A DNA stretch of 64,000 bases from Candidatus Nanopelagicaceae bacterium. Lineage in GTDB: Bacteria; Actinomycetota; Actinomycetes; Nanopelagicales; Nanopelagicaceae. Location: positions 2,597-66,596 of the forward strand of contig JBJTCN010000076.1 in NCBI GenBank assembly GCA_046091905.1, read 5' to 3'. Positions 48,130-58,423 of the stretch are shown here, in pieces (position 1 is the first letter of the stretch; every line of letters starts with the position of its first letter). The notes under the pieces are model-generated. The model was not told the origin of the DNA. It worked only from the letters and a program-made list of their open reading frames with translations, and did no database searches. The position numbers were made by a program, and so were the translations under genes.

Positions 48130-48266
48130 TTTGACCCTCCTCACATTTTCAGGTTACTGCTTTTGATTATTTCTGGTTATTTCGCCGTGTAGTAAGGGTA
48201 ACGGCCCGCGCGAAAGCGATATTCCCGCTTTGCAACTTCTTAGCTCAAGGCCCATAAACTAGGGCC

Positions 48267-48434
48267 ATGTCAGCCGCAGCCGCCGCACTCATCTGGTGGA
48301 TTGTGCCTGCGTTGGGCCTCATTGGCGCACTTAGCTATGCGGTCTGGGTTTCAAAGTTTAAGCGGAAATATGAGAACGATGTATTGCGTTCTACTAGTGC
48401 ATTCTCAAAGTTCCAGAACACCTTTCGTAAGTAA
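48267..48434 (+). CDS. Possible 55-aa single-TM protein (too short for the ORF track)
   Basis: MSAAAAALIWWIVPALGLIGALSYAVWVSKFKRKYENDVLRSTSAFSKFQNTFRK. Ends 36 nt before the UPF0182 gene. Confidence 0.4.
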   Translation: MSAAAAALIWWIVPALGLIGALSYAVWVSKFKRKYENDVLRSTSAFSKFQNTFRK

Positions 48435-48470
48435 CCCCGCACGGACCAGCTCAGGGAGATAAGGAAAGCA

Positions 48471-51353
48471 ATGTCCTTCAATAACTTCGGCAATCAATTC
48501 GGCAATAACTTTGGTAATCAATTTAATCGAAATGTGCAGAAGCTGCGCCGCAATCCGCTAGCCATCACCTTAATCGCATTGGTGATCTTGGGCGGAATCT
48601 TGGTATCAATCAGCTCTTTCTACGCCGACCTACTCTGGTTTAAATCAGTAGGTTATGAATCTGTTTGGCAGACCACGCTCTTTACTAAAGCCTCGCTATT
48701 TGTAGTGGCCGGTTTAGTCACCGCAGCGTTGGTTTTACTAAATGTGTTTATTGCATATCGAAATCGCCCGATTTATGCACCGATGGCTATTGAAGCAGAT
48801 AATTTAGAACGCTATCGCACTCAAATCGAACCAAAGAAGAAGTTATTTGCAATCGGTATTTTTGCGCTGGTTTTTTATATGAGTGGCAGTTCCGCGACAC
48901 CACTTTGGTCAACTTGGTTGCAATTTAAAAATTCAACTGATTTTGGGGTTAAAGATCCACAATTTGGTTTAGATATTTCATTCTTTTCATTTAAGTTGCC
49001 GATTTATCAATCTCTAATTGGTTGGGCAACCACCACTTTGATTATTGCTTTAATTGCTGCAGTTGCGGTGCATTACTTATATTCTGCAATTCGCCTGCCA
49101 CAACCTGGACAGAAGAGCGCCACAACTGGCGCAGCGCAGGTACAACTTTCGATTCTCCTTGGGTTAATTGTTTTAACTAAAGCAGCAGCATATTGGCTAG
49201 ATCGCTACGCACTTCAGCTCAAAGAGGGGCGTTTAATCACAGGCTCTACCTACACAGATATCAATGCGCTACTTCCTGCCAAAGTTATTTTAGCGGCTAT
49301 TGCGATTGTTTGCGCGCTTTTGTTCTTCTCAAATGTAGTTCGAAAATCATGGTCGTTGCCAGTAGTTGGCGTTGGTTTATTGCTGGTTTCATCGATAGTA
49401 ATCGAAACTGCATATCCTGCGATTATTCAGCAATTCCAGGTAAAGCCATCTGAATCAAATAAAGAAGCGCCGTTTATTCAGCGCAACATCGAGGCCACCA
49501 GAGCGGCCTATGACATCTCAGATGTCGAAGTTAAGGATTACTACGCGACCTTAAGTGCAAGTGCGGGGCAGTTAACTAATGATGCCAACACCATTGCCAA
49601 CATCCGTTTGATGGATCCAAATGTGCTCTCTGCGACTTATCGTCAGTTACAGCAGATCAAGCCTTATTACACCTTCGCTGAGACTTTAGATATTGATCGC
49701 TATCAAATCAATAACACTCAACGCGATGCGGTAGTTGCAGTTCGTGAATTAAATATTGATGGTAATCCAGTTCGAAATTGGATTAACAATCACTTGGTTT
49801 ACACACATGGATTTGGTTTTGTAGCAGCTTACGGAAACACCGTAGATGCGGATGGAAAACCAAACTTCATTGTGGGCGATTTGCCACCGACTTCAGGTTT
49901 AGGAAAATTCGAACCACGTATCTACTTTGGTGAGAATGTGCCAGATTATTCAATCATTGGTGGCAATTCCAAGACCGATGTCGAATTCGATTATCCAGAT
50001 GATGCTTCACCTAATGGCCAGAAGAACACCACTTACAAAGGTAAAGGTGGCGTTCCGGTAGGAAATTTATTTAATCGCCTGGTCTTCACAATCAAGTATC
50101 AAGAGCAGCGAATCTTGCTCTCTAATTTGATTAACTCAGAATCGAAGATTTTATTTAATCGCAACCCACGCGAACGCGTATCAAAAGTTGCGCCATGGTT
50201 AACTCTTGATGGAGACCCATATCCAGCGGTTATTGATGGCAAAGTTAAGTGGATAATCGATGGTTACACCACTTCAGCTGGCTATCCATATTCACAGAAG
50301 ACCACGCTCTCTGGTGCCACTAGCGATGCGCTAAGCGCTAATTCCAATGCCATTACCGCACAGAGCGATCGCACCATCAACTACATTCGAAATTCAGTTA
50401 AAGCAACGGTTGATGCCTACGACGGCACAGTTTCGCTTTATGAATGGGATGTCGCAGATCCCGTATTAAAGACTTGGAATAAGGCATATCCAGGGGTAGT
50501 TAAGCCAAAGTCTGAGATCTCGAAGGCTCTGATGTCGCACCTACGTTATCCAGAAGATCTCTTTAAGGTTCAGCGCGACGTCTTGTCTTCATATCACGTT
50601 ACAAATGCAACCGCCTTCTATGGTGGACAGGATTTCTGGCGCGTGCCACGTGATCCATCAACATTTGGTGGCAACATTGCAAACCAGCCTCCTTATTACA
50701 CAACGCTACAGATGCCAGGCGATAAGAACTTAAGCTTCATGTTGGCAACGCCATTTGTGCCACGAGGTGGTCGTGAAAACTTATCTGCATTCGCGGCGGT
50801 AAATGCTTCTCCGGGAAGTGAATACGGAAAGATCACGGTCTTGCAATTGCCACGTAGTACAAATATTCCAGGACCAACTCAGGTTGCTTCAAACTTCGAA
50901 GCAAAACCAGAGGTAGCCACCACGCTATCTCTACTTCGCCAAGGCGGATCTGATGTGGTGCTTGGTAATTTGTTAACGCTTCCAGTTGGTGGCGGTCTAC
51001 TTTTTGTACAACCGGTTTATGTTCGCGCAACTGCAAATGCTGCGGCCTATCCATTGCTACAGAAAGTACTGGTCTCATTCGGTGATCAAATTGGATTTGA
51101 TGACAATTTAAAGGGCGCTCTTGATCAAGTGTTCGGTGGAAATTCCGGAACTTCTGCAAGTGGTACCTCAACTGGCGGCGGTACAACCACTGCTACCTCT
51201 TCTTCACTTTCCGCAGCGCTAAATAGTGCAAAGCAAGCAATTGCAGATGCACAGCGCGCACTTACTAAGGGCGATTTTGCAGCATATGGAAAAGCACAAG
51301 ATCGCTTGAAGGCCGCTATTAGCGCTGCAATTGCAGCGCAAGGAAAGAAGTAA
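48471..51353 (+). CDS. UPF0182-family large membrane protein
   Basis: 960 aa. Seven or so N-terminal TM segments followed by a large extracytoplasmic region, resembling mycobacterial Rv3193c. Confidence 0.8.
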   Translation: MSFNNFGNQFGNNFGNQFNRNVQKLRRNPLAITLIALVILGGILVSISSFYADLLWFKSVGYESVWQTTLFTKASLFVVAGLVTAALVLLNVFIAYRNRPIYAPMAIEADNLERYRTQIEPKKKLFAIGIFALVFYMSGSSATPLWSTWLQFKNSTDFGVKDPQFGLDISFFSFKLPIYQSLIGWATTTLIIALIAAVAVHYLYSAIRLPQPGQKSATTGAAQVQLSILLGLIVLTKAAAYWLDRYALQLKEGRLITGSTYTDINALLPAKVILAAIAIVCALLFFSNVVRKSWSLPVVGVGLLLVSSIVIETAYPAIIQQFQVKPSESNKEAPFIQRNIEATRAAYDISDVEVKDYYATLSASAGQLTNDANTIANIRLMDPNVLSATYRQLQQIKPYYTFAETLDIDRYQINNTQRDAVVAVRELNIDGNPVRNWINNHLVYTHGFGFVAAYGNTVDADGKPNFIVGDLPPTSGLGKFEPRIYFGENVPDYSIIGGNSKTDVEFDYPDDASPNGQKNTTYKGKGGVPVGNLFNRLVFTIKYQEQRILLSNLINSESKILFNRNPRERVSKVAPWLTLDGDPYPAVIDGKVKWIIDGYTTSAGYPYSQKTTLSGATSDALSANSNAITAQSDRTINYIRNSVKATVDAYDGTVSLYEWDVADPVLKTWNKAYPGVVKPKSEISKALMSHLRYPEDLFKVQRDVLSSYHVTNATAFYGGQDFWRVPRDPSTFGGNIANQPPYYTTLQMPGDKNLSFMLATPFVPRGGRENLSAFAAVNASPGSEYGKITVLQLPRSTNIPGPTQVASNFEAKPEVATTLSLLRQGGSDVVLGNLLTLPVGGGLLFVQPVYVRATANAAAYPLLQKVLVSFGDQIGFDDNLKGALDQVFGGNSGTSASGTSTGGGTTTATSSSLSAALNSAKQAIADAQRALTKGDFAAYGKAQDRLKAAISAAIAAQGKK

Positions 51354-51406
51354 TTACTACTCGATTTTGATATTGAGTGCGGCTCTACTAAAGTTGGGTT
51401 CACCGA

Positions 51407-51483
51407 CGCGGGGTGGAGCAGCTCGGTAGCTCGCTGGGCTCATAACCCAGAGGTCATAGGTTCAAATCCTGTCCCCGCTACCA
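51407..51483 (+). tRNA. Initiator tRNA-fMet (anticodon CAU), CCA encoded
   Basis: CGCGGGGTGGAGCAGCTCGGTAGCTCGCTGGGCTCATAACCCAGAGGTC... It has a C1:U72 mismatch and three G-C pairs closing the anticodon stem. Confidence 0.9.
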
Positions 51484-52121
51484 AAGACCGTCAGAATTGC
51501 GGCTATAAAGTGGCAAATAAAAGCTGCCGCGGTTAGCGCATGAAATAGTTCATGAAAGCCAAACCAATTTACATTGAAATTTGGTCTCTTTAACGCATAA
51601 ACCACGCCGCCTGCGGTGTAGCACAGTCCACCTAATGCGATCAATGTAAATACCACTACGCCACCATTGCGATAGAAAGTTGGAATGAAAGCAAGCGCCG
51701 CCCAACCAAGCAAAATGTAAGCAGCCACATAAAGCCAACGCGGTGCACTTAGCCAAACAATTCTTATGAATGAAGTACTTAAAGCACCAACCCAGACTGC
51801 AATTAGCAGAATTTTTCGCTGCTCTGGATTGAGCAGAAATACTGCAAATGGTGTGTAAGTACCTGCAATCAAAATAGGAATATTGGCATGGTCGATTCGG
51901 CGCCATAAACCACGGTATTTATTGCTCCAATTAACGCGGTGATAGAGCGCGCTACAGGTAAAGAGGGTTACGGCAGTCAAAGTGAAGATGCCAAGTGTGA
52001 TCCGCCCGCGTAGCTCAGAAGCGGCAGAGATCATGACTAAACCTGCTACTAAAGAGATCGGCGACATCACTAAATGAATTACGCCGCGAAGTTTTGGCTT
52101 AGCTACTTGATTCATGCGCAA
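51462..52121 (-). CDS. Hemolysin III / PAQR-family channel protein
   Basis: Seven TM segments. HRVNWS...DH and HELFHALT motifs. Confidence 0.8.
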   Translation of the reverse strand: MRMNQVAKPKLRGVIHLVMSPISLVAGLVMISAASELRGRITLGIFTLTAVTLFTCSALYHRVNWSNKYRGLWRRIDHANIPILIAGTYTPFAVFLLNPEQRKILLIAVWVGALSTSFIRIVWLSAPRWLYVAAYILLGWAALAFIPTFYRNGGVVVFTLIALGGLCYTAGGVVYALKRPNFNVNWFGFHELFHALTAAAFICHFIAAILTVFGSGDRI

Positions 52122-52145
52122 AGCCTATAGCGATTTGCACGCAAA

Positions 52146-54449
52146 CTACTTAATACGAAGTGAATTGGTTACTACAAAGAGACTTGATAGCGCCATCGCG
52201 GCAGCGCCATACATTGGATGAAGTAAACCAAGCGCGGCAACTGGAATTCCAATTACGTTATAGAAGAGCGCCCAAACTAAATTACCGCGAATCGTTCCCA
52301 AAGTTTTCTTTGAGAGATCCAGGGCATCATTAATTGATTTAAGCGCTGGATTGGTCAAAGTAATATCGGCAGTCGCAATTGCAGTATCGGTTCCGGTGCC
52401 CATCGCCATAGATAGATCTGCTGCTGCAAGAGCCGCCGCATCATTAACGCCATCGCCAATCATCAATACTTGCTTACCTGAAGCTTGCAATTGCTTAATG
52501 TGATTGATTTTGGCTTCAGGTGAGGCCTCTGCAATTACATGGTTTTCATGAATCCCAACTGCATGCGCAGTATTTAGCGCGACATCTTTATGATCGCCAG
52601 TAAGTAGCCAAACGTTGATATCTCGCGCATTTAGAACTGAAATTGCACTCTGTGCATCAGACTTTATGGAATCACCAACAGCAAAAACCGCTAGCGCCAC
52701 ACCTTCCCATGCCAATACTGAAACCGATAAACCTTGCGCTTCGTTCTCCGCAATTGACTTAGCAATCTTTGGATGAAATGCCATCGCAGAATGCGCGACC
52801 GCAGCTGGTGAGCCGATAATTACAATTGCAGATTGGGCAGATTGCGCGCCATTTTCAGTGCTGATTGTTACTCGACCAGCGGCACCAGCGCCGGGGGCAA
52901 TCTGAAAATCGCTAACTGTAAATGGCTTTTCAATCTTGGCATAACGAACAATGGCTTCCGCTATCGGATGGTTATTTTGTGATTCAATTGCAGCGGCAGA
53001 TTCCAAAATAGATTTTTCGCTAGCAATCTTGCTCCAAGATTCACCAAGTACCGCAACCGCTTCTGGAACAACAGTTGCGCTGATTACTTTCATCTGACCG
53101 GTAGTTAGCGTTCCAGTCTTATCCAAAACCACATCAGTGATGCGTTTTGCGGTTTCAAGTGCAGATGGCTTACGAATCACGATTCCGCGCTGTGCGCCTC
53201 GACCTGAAGCCACCAGTAGCGCGACCGGAGTTGCTAAACCAAGTGCACATGGACAAGCAATCACTAATACCGCGACCGCAATTTCAATGGATCTGGCGAT
53301 GCTCTCGCCATTTGTAAAGCGCCAAAAGAGAAATGTGGCGATGGAAAGGGTAGTAACAATCGGTACGAAAATGGCAGAGATGCGATCAGCCAATCTTTGA
53401 ATTGGAGCCTTTTCGCCTTGTGCGCTAATTACCATCGCAGTAATTCGAGCAAATTCAGTCTCTTTACCAACGCGAGTAGCGCGAACTTCTAAACGACCAT
53501 TCTGGTTAACGGTAGCGCCGATTACGCGATCACCAGCTGCAACTTCTACCGGCACGGATTCGCCAGTAATCAATGAATTATCAATGCTAGAAGCGCCAGA
53601 AACCACTACGCCATCAGTAGCAACTCGTTGTCCAGGTAGCACCACAAAGATGTCACCAATTTCTAATTGCTCAACTGGAATTACCATTTGTAAGTCACCG
53701 CGTTTAACGGTTACCTCTTTAGTAGAAATTTTTAATAGTTCTTGAAGTGCATTGCTAGCGCTGCGCTTTGCACGTGATTCTAAGTACCGACCCAGTACTA
53801 CCAGCGTGACAATCGATGCCGAAACTTCAGTGTAAACCGTATCTAAATCGTAAATGGTGGCATAGATAGACCAACCAAATGCAGTTAGCGAACCAAGTGA
53901 AATTAAATTATCCATAGTTGGATGGAAGAAATTTCGGATTGCAGCTCTATGAATTGGGAAAGCCACAATCAAAACCACTGGCGCGCTGAGAATTAAAAGC
54001 GCCGCATTAACTAATTGATGAAAACTATTAGTTGGCATCGCTAGATTGAAATATTCAAAGACGCTAACTAGCCAAGAGCCAAATTGCATCTGCAAATCCA
54101 TAAACATGGAGAAGAGCGCAACTGGAATAGTGAAGATCAGACCAAAAATTAAAGCTACCGCTGATTTTTTACTGTGCAGTGTGATACTTTCATTATCGCC
54201 AATTTCTTTAGCTTTATATCCAGCAGCTTCAATTTTTTTGATGATCTCTTTGCCACTTACCTCTGCTGGTGCTAAAACGTGCGCAGTTTCTGCAGCAAAA
54301 TTAACGGTGGCAGAGACTCCGGGCATAGAATTTAAAGCACGCTCTACAGTATTCACGCAGGCGTTGCAGGTCATCCCAGTAACTTTGAAAGTCTTTGGCT
54401 CGAGAGCCACATTGCTAATCTCTTTGCTAGTCTCTATTAACTCAGCCAT
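52146..54449 (-). CDS. copA: P1B-type copper-translocating ATPase
   Basis: HMA domain GMTCNACV, CPC (ACPCALGLATP), DKTGTLT, YN...P in TM7 (FYNVIGIP), and MALSS in TM8. Confidence 0.9.
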   Translation of the reverse strand: MAELIETSKEISNVALEPKTFKVTGMTCNACVNTVERALNSMPGVSATVNFAAETAHVLAPAEVSGKEIIKKIEAAGYKAKEIGDNESITLHSKKSAVALIFGLIFTIPVALFSMFMDLQMQFGSWLVSVFEYFNLAMPTNSFHQLVNAALLILSAPVVLIVAFPIHRAAIRNFFHPTMDNLISLGSLTAFGWSIYATIYDLDTVYTEVSASIVTLVVLGRYLESRAKRSASNALQELLKISTKEVTVKRGDLQMVIPVEQLEIGDIFVVLPGQRVATDGVVVSGASSIDNSLITGESVPVEVAAGDRVIGATVNQNGRLEVRATRVGKETEFARITAMVISAQGEKAPIQRLADRISAIFVPIVTTLSIATFLFWRFTNGESIARSIEIAVAVLVIACPCALGLATPVALLVASGRGAQRGIVIRKPSALETAKRITDVVLDKTGTLTTGQMKVISATVVPEAVAVLGESWSKIASEKSILESAAAIESQNNHPIAEAIVRYAKIEKPFTVSDFQIAPGAGAAGRVTISTENGAQSAQSAIVIIGSPAAVAHSAMAFHPKIAKSIAENEAQGLSVSVLAWEGVALAVFAVGDSIKSDAQSAISVLNARDINVWLLTGDHKDVALNTAHAVGIHENHVIAEASPEAKINHIKQLQASGKQVLMIGDGVNDAAALAAADLSMAMGTGTDTAIATADITLTNPALKSINDALDLSKKTLGTIRGNLVWALFYNVIGIPVAALGLLHPMYGAAAMALSSLFVVTNSLRIK

Positions 54450-55278
54450 TTAAGCGTTTTAACACCACTTCTTTTAATACGGCATTTGTTGAGATGCCAC
54501 TTTTGCCAAATGGTCCATCATTGCCATCCATATCGAAAAAGTGGCCGCCAGCTTCACGCACCACGATTGCAAGTGGCGCCATATCCCAAAGCGCCAGAGA
54601 TGGTTCGATCGCTAAATCCATTACACCCTCTGCCACCAACATATGTGACCAGAAATCGCCAACTGCACGGGTGCGCCAAGCCTCATTAACTAATGATTGA
54701 AATGCAGCTAAGCGATCGCCAAAGCCGACAAAATCAGAGTAGCCAAGATGTGCATCGTGAATATTATTAACTAACGAAACCGAAATCTTTCTTGGCTGCC
54801 CGCTATTTGGCGCGCTAGGTGCATCAAACGTTGTGTAGGCACCGCCACCTTTGGTTGCAAACCAAGTGCGTGCAAGTGCAGGCGATGAGACCAATCCGAC
54901 TACTACTTCATGTTTTTCAACGCCGGAGTCATTTGTAACTTCGACAAGTGCGATTAAAGTCGACCAAACTGGTAGCCCGCGTAAGAAAGATTTGGTGCCA
55001 TCGATTGGATCAATTACCCAGTAACGGTTCTTGCCAGTGATATCAGAACCAAACTCTTCGCCAAGGATTCCATCGTTGGGGCGTTCAGTTTCTAAAATTT
55101 CGCGAATACATTTTTCGGTGGCTTTATCCGCATCGGTAACTGGCGAAGCATCAGGTTTAGTTTCGATTATTAAATCTTGTGCCAAAAAACGCGCCATTGA
55201 AACTGCATCTGCAGCTTTGCCAATCTTTCGAACTAATTGCAGATCAGCTGCATATTTTTCATTAGCAAACTCGGCCAT
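54442..55278 (-). CDS. hisN: Inositol monophosphatase-family histidinol-phosphatase (HisN-like)
   Basis: DASPVTDADK and WVIDPIDGT motifs. Actinobacterial HisN-like N-terminus. Confidence 0.65.
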   Translation of the reverse strand: MAEFANEKYAADLQLVRKIGKAADAVSMARFLAQDLIIETKPDASPVTDADKATEKCIREILETERPNDGILGEEFGSDITGKNRYWVIDPIDGTKSFLRGLPVWSTLIALVEVTNDSGVEKHEVVVGLVSSPALARTWFATKGGGAYTTFDAPSAPNSGQPRKISVSLVNNIHDAHLGYSDFVGFGDRLAAFQSLVNEAWRTRAVGDFWSHMLVAEGVMDLAIEPSLALWDMAPLAIVVREAGGHFFDMDGNDGPFGKSGISTNAVLKEVVLKRLNG

Positions 55279-55282
55279 TTCC

Positions 55283-56305
55283 TTATTCTAACCCTGCGGC
55301 AAGCAAGTTGCGAAGGCTAGTTACGCGAGCTACACGCTCAGGGAGTTCAACACCATCTGGCGCCATCCATGCATTTAATTTGCAATCAGCTTCATTGTGT
55401 GAGCAATTCGTCATACATGAATTTGTGATTTCTAATAAATCATCAAATGCGGCGATGATTGCATTAGGATCTAAGTGCGAGAGCCCAAATGCGCGCATTC
55501 CTGGAGTATCAATAACCCAGCTATTAGCGCTGGCTTTACGGCCAGGGAAATCCTTTAACGCCACCGCATAAGCAGATGAAGAGGTATGTCTGCCGCGCCC
55601 TGTTACATCATTTACATCGCCAGTTTCGCGATTAGCTTGTGTTAATTTATTTAAGAGCGTTGATTTACCCACGCCAGAATGGCCAACTAAAACTGATACT
55701 TTGCCATTTAATAAATCATGTAATTCATTTAAATCGCTATCCAAATTGGTAGTAATACATCTGACTCCAATGGATTGGTATTCAGAGAGAAAATCTGGCG
55801 CAGCTGCTAAATCTGTTTTGGTAATTACTAATACTGGTTCAATTTTTTCGGTAAAGGCGCTGACTAGAAATCGGTCGATTAGTCCGCGACGTGGTTCGGG
55901 GTTTGCAGCGGCTGCCACAATTACTAATTGATCAATATTCGCAGCGATATTTCTTTCAAATTGCGCCGCATCATCAACAGTTCTAACTAAAACGCTTTTG
56001 CGCTCTTCAATCGCCACAATTCTGGCCAAAGTGCCTTCAGATCCAGTGGTGTCACCAACCAAACGAACATAATCTCCAACTACAACTGATTTGGGGCCCA
56101 ATTCGCGCGCCTTCATCGCTGTAACAATGGTGCCATCAGGCAAGGTGCAAGTAGTACGTCCGCGATCTACTGTAATTACAAATCCAGTTATTGCATCATC
56201 GTGCGATGGACGATCTTTAGTGCGCGGCTTAGTTCTTCTACTTGGCCGAATCTTCACATCGGATTCGTCGTAATCGCGGCGGCTCATGAAAGAAGCGAGC
56301 TCCAA
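55283..56305 (-). CDS. rsgA: Ribosome small-subunit-dependent GTPase A
   Basis: GHSGVGKSTLLN and a C-terminal zinc knuckle (CMTNCSHNEADC). Confidence 0.9.
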   Translation of the reverse strand: MELASFMSRRDYDESDVKIRPSRRTKPRTKDRPSHDDAITGFVITVDRGRTTCTLPDGTIVTAMKARELGPKSVVVGDYVRLVGDTTGSEGTLARIVAIEERKSVLVRTVDDAAQFERNIAANIDQLVIVAAAANPEPRRGLIDRFLVSAFTEKIEPVLVITKTDLAAAPDFLSEYQSIGVRCITTNLDSDLNELHDLLNGKVSVLVGHSGVGKSTLLNKLTQANRETGDVNDVTGRGRHTSSSAYAVALKDFPGRKASANSWVIDTPGMRAFGLSHLDPNAIIAAFDDLLEITNSCMTNCSHNEADCKLNAWMAPDGVELPERVARVTSLRNLLAAGLE

Positions 56306-57615
56306 AGCCCTGGAAAATCAGTAATAGTTTTCCGGGTAGTTGCGATGTTTTCGACTTCAATTCCATCAACAACTAATCCAATAGTGGCGCCAGATGTCGC
56401 AAGTCGATGATCTTCATAGGTGTGAAAAATTCCCGCGTGCAACGGTTTTGGATTGATACGAAGTGCAGTTGGCTCTTCAGTGAAATCCCCACCTAGCGCG
56501 TTAAATTCAGTGCGCAGCGCAGCCAAACGATCTGTTTCATGTAGTCGCAGATGGCCAATTCCCTGTAAATATGATGGCGAATCCGCCAATGCACATAGCG
56601 CAGCGATCGCGGGGGTTAATTCGCCAACATCGTGTAAATCAACTTCAATGCCATGTATTGCACCGCCCGTGATTTTTAAATCCCAATTATTTCCATTTGG
56701 AACAAATTCAATTGTCGCGCCCATCTTGGTAAAGATATCTCTAAGTTGATCACCTGGCTGAGTAGTAACTTTTGGCCAATCGGCAATAGTTACCGAACCT
56801 CCGCAGACCATTGCAATTGACATAAATGGTGCGGCATTTGATAAATCTGGTTCAATAACTAAATCCTGCGCCTTTAATTTTCCTGGTGCCACCTGCCAAG
56901 TATTTGCGCTTTTATCAACGCTAACTTCGGCGCCAAAATCGCGGAGCATCTGCACCGTCATTTCAATGTGTGGCATCGAAGGAAGCGCACCGCCAACATG
57001 TTTAACTTTGATACCCAACTGAGTACTTGGCGCAATTAAAAGTAACGCTGATAAGAATTGAGAAGAAGCGCTGGCATCAATTTCAATTTCGCCGCCGCGG
57101 ATTTTTCCGCCCGATTTATTCTCCATTTTAAATGGCAGCGCATATCGACCGCCGTGATCAATAGATATTCCCAACTCTTCTAAAGCTTTAATTACTGGGC
57201 CTAAAGGACGTTTATGCGAACGTGGATCGCCATCAAATTCAATTTGGCCAACTGCTAAAGCGGCAAGCGGTGGCAAGAAACGCATCACGGTTCCCGCATT
57301 TCCAACTTCGATTTTTGCCGGCCCTTTAAGTGCGCCACCGGTGACATTAAAAATTAATTCGCGCTGACCATTTACGTCTTCAAAACTTTCCATAATTGAT
57401 AAACCAAGCGCTTTTAAGCCACCCATCATCAACTCTGAATCCCTTGAAACCAGTGGGCGGCGCAGCTTTGAAGTGCCTTCAGCTTGAGCTGCCAAAATCA
57501 AAGCACGATTAGTTACTGATTTAGATCCGGGAATTACTACCCGAATATCGACTGGTTTTTTTCCGCGAAAAGGTGCAGGCCAGTTATTTGCAGCCATGCT
57601 TTCGCGATTTGTCAT
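56284..57615 (-). CDS. aroA: 3-phosphoshikimate 1-carboxyvinyltransferase (EPSP synthase)
   Basis: PGSKSVTNRALILAA and GNAGTVMRFL motifs. Confidence 0.9.
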   Translation of the reverse strand: MTNRESMAANNWPAPFRGKKPVDIRVVIPGSKSVTNRALILAAQAEGTSKLRRPLVSRDSELMMGGLKALGLSIMESFEDVNGQRELIFNVTGGALKGPAKIEVGNAGTVMRFLPPLAALAVGQIEFDGDPRSHKRPLGPVIKALEELGISIDHGGRYALPFKMENKSGGKIRGGEIEIDASASSQFLSALLLIAPSTQLGIKVKHVGGALPSMPHIEMTVQMLRDFGAEVSVDKSANTWQVAPGKLKAQDLVIEPDLSNAAPFMSIAMVCGGSVTIADWPKVTTQPGDQLRDIFTKMGATIEFVPNGNNWDLKITGGAIHGIEVDLHDVGELTPAIAALCALADSPSYLQGIGHLRLHETDRLAALRTEFNALGGDFTEEPTALRINPKPLHAGIFHTYEDHRLATSGATIGLVVDGIEVENIATTRKTITDFPGLWSSLLS

Positions 57616-57658
57616 ATGGCAAATTCTATCGTGAAGAATCCTATGTAGAATTCCGATT

Positions 57659-58384
57659 ATGTGCGGGCGATATGCGCAAACTCAAGAGATGCGCGACTTA
57701 GTTGAAGAATTTGCAGTAACTGGCAAATTCCCAGAGTACGCGCTGCCTGCAAGTTGGAACATTGCACCTACCAATGAAATTTATATTGTGCGAAATGATG
57801 AAAATAATAATCGCGAACTTGCTACCGCATCTTGGGGAATGATTGGTCCATGGCTTACCGATGAAGCAGAGGCGCGCGCTTCACAATCTCGCGCAATTAA
57901 TGCGCGCTCCGAATCAATACACGAAAAACCTACCTTTCGTGATTCATTTAAATCTCGTCGTTGCTTAGTGCCCGCCGATGGTTATTATGAATGGGCGACC
58001 GAGCTAGGTCGTTACAAAACCAAACAACCTTTCTTTATTTCCAGTGATAATGGCGAGACACTTCCAATTGCGGGAATCTGGAATACCTGGCGCTCTCCAT
58101 CTGGAGTTTTTATGCAGAGCGCTTCTATCATTACTCGCGAAGCAGTCGGAGAGCTAGCAACTATTCATCATCGAATGCCGGTAATGATGCCGCGTGAACG
58201 TTGGTCGGCTTGGTTAGATAATAAGAATAACGATGTTCGCGAACTTATAAATTTAATGTCTAACGAACATCCTGATGCGCATCTGCATCCGTTACCAGTT
58301 AGCGATGCGGTGAATAAGGTTGCCAACAATGGCCCGCAATTAGCCGTGCCCATCTCAATTACCGAACCTGAGACGCTCTTTTAA
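57659..58384 (+). CDS. SOS response-associated peptidase (SRAP/YedK family)
   Basis: MCGRYA N-terminal catalytic Cys2. 241 aa. Confidence 0.85.
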   Translation: MCGRYAQTQEMRDLVEEFAVTGKFPEYALPASWNIAPTNEIYIVRNDENNNRELATASWGMIGPWLTDEAEARASQSRAINARSESIHEKPTFRDSFKSRRCLVPADGYYEWATELGRYKTKQPFFISSDNGETLPIAGIWNTWRSPSGVFMQSASIITREAVGELATIHHRMPVMMPRERWSAWLDNKNNDVRELINLMSNEHPDAHLHPLPVSDAVNKVANNGPQLAVPISITEPETLF

Positions 58385-58387
58385 CCG

Positions 58388-58413
58388 GGAATAGCGCTCT
58401 GCAGAATCTGGTT
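58388..58413 (+). promoter_or_regulatory. SigH/SigR-type promoter GGAAT-N18-GTT directly upstream of sigH
   Basis: GGGAAT-(18 nt)-GTTG. The GTT ends 10 nt before the ATG at 58424, so the transcript would be nearly leaderless. Confidence 0.6.
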
Positions 58414-58423
58414 GTAAAGACAA

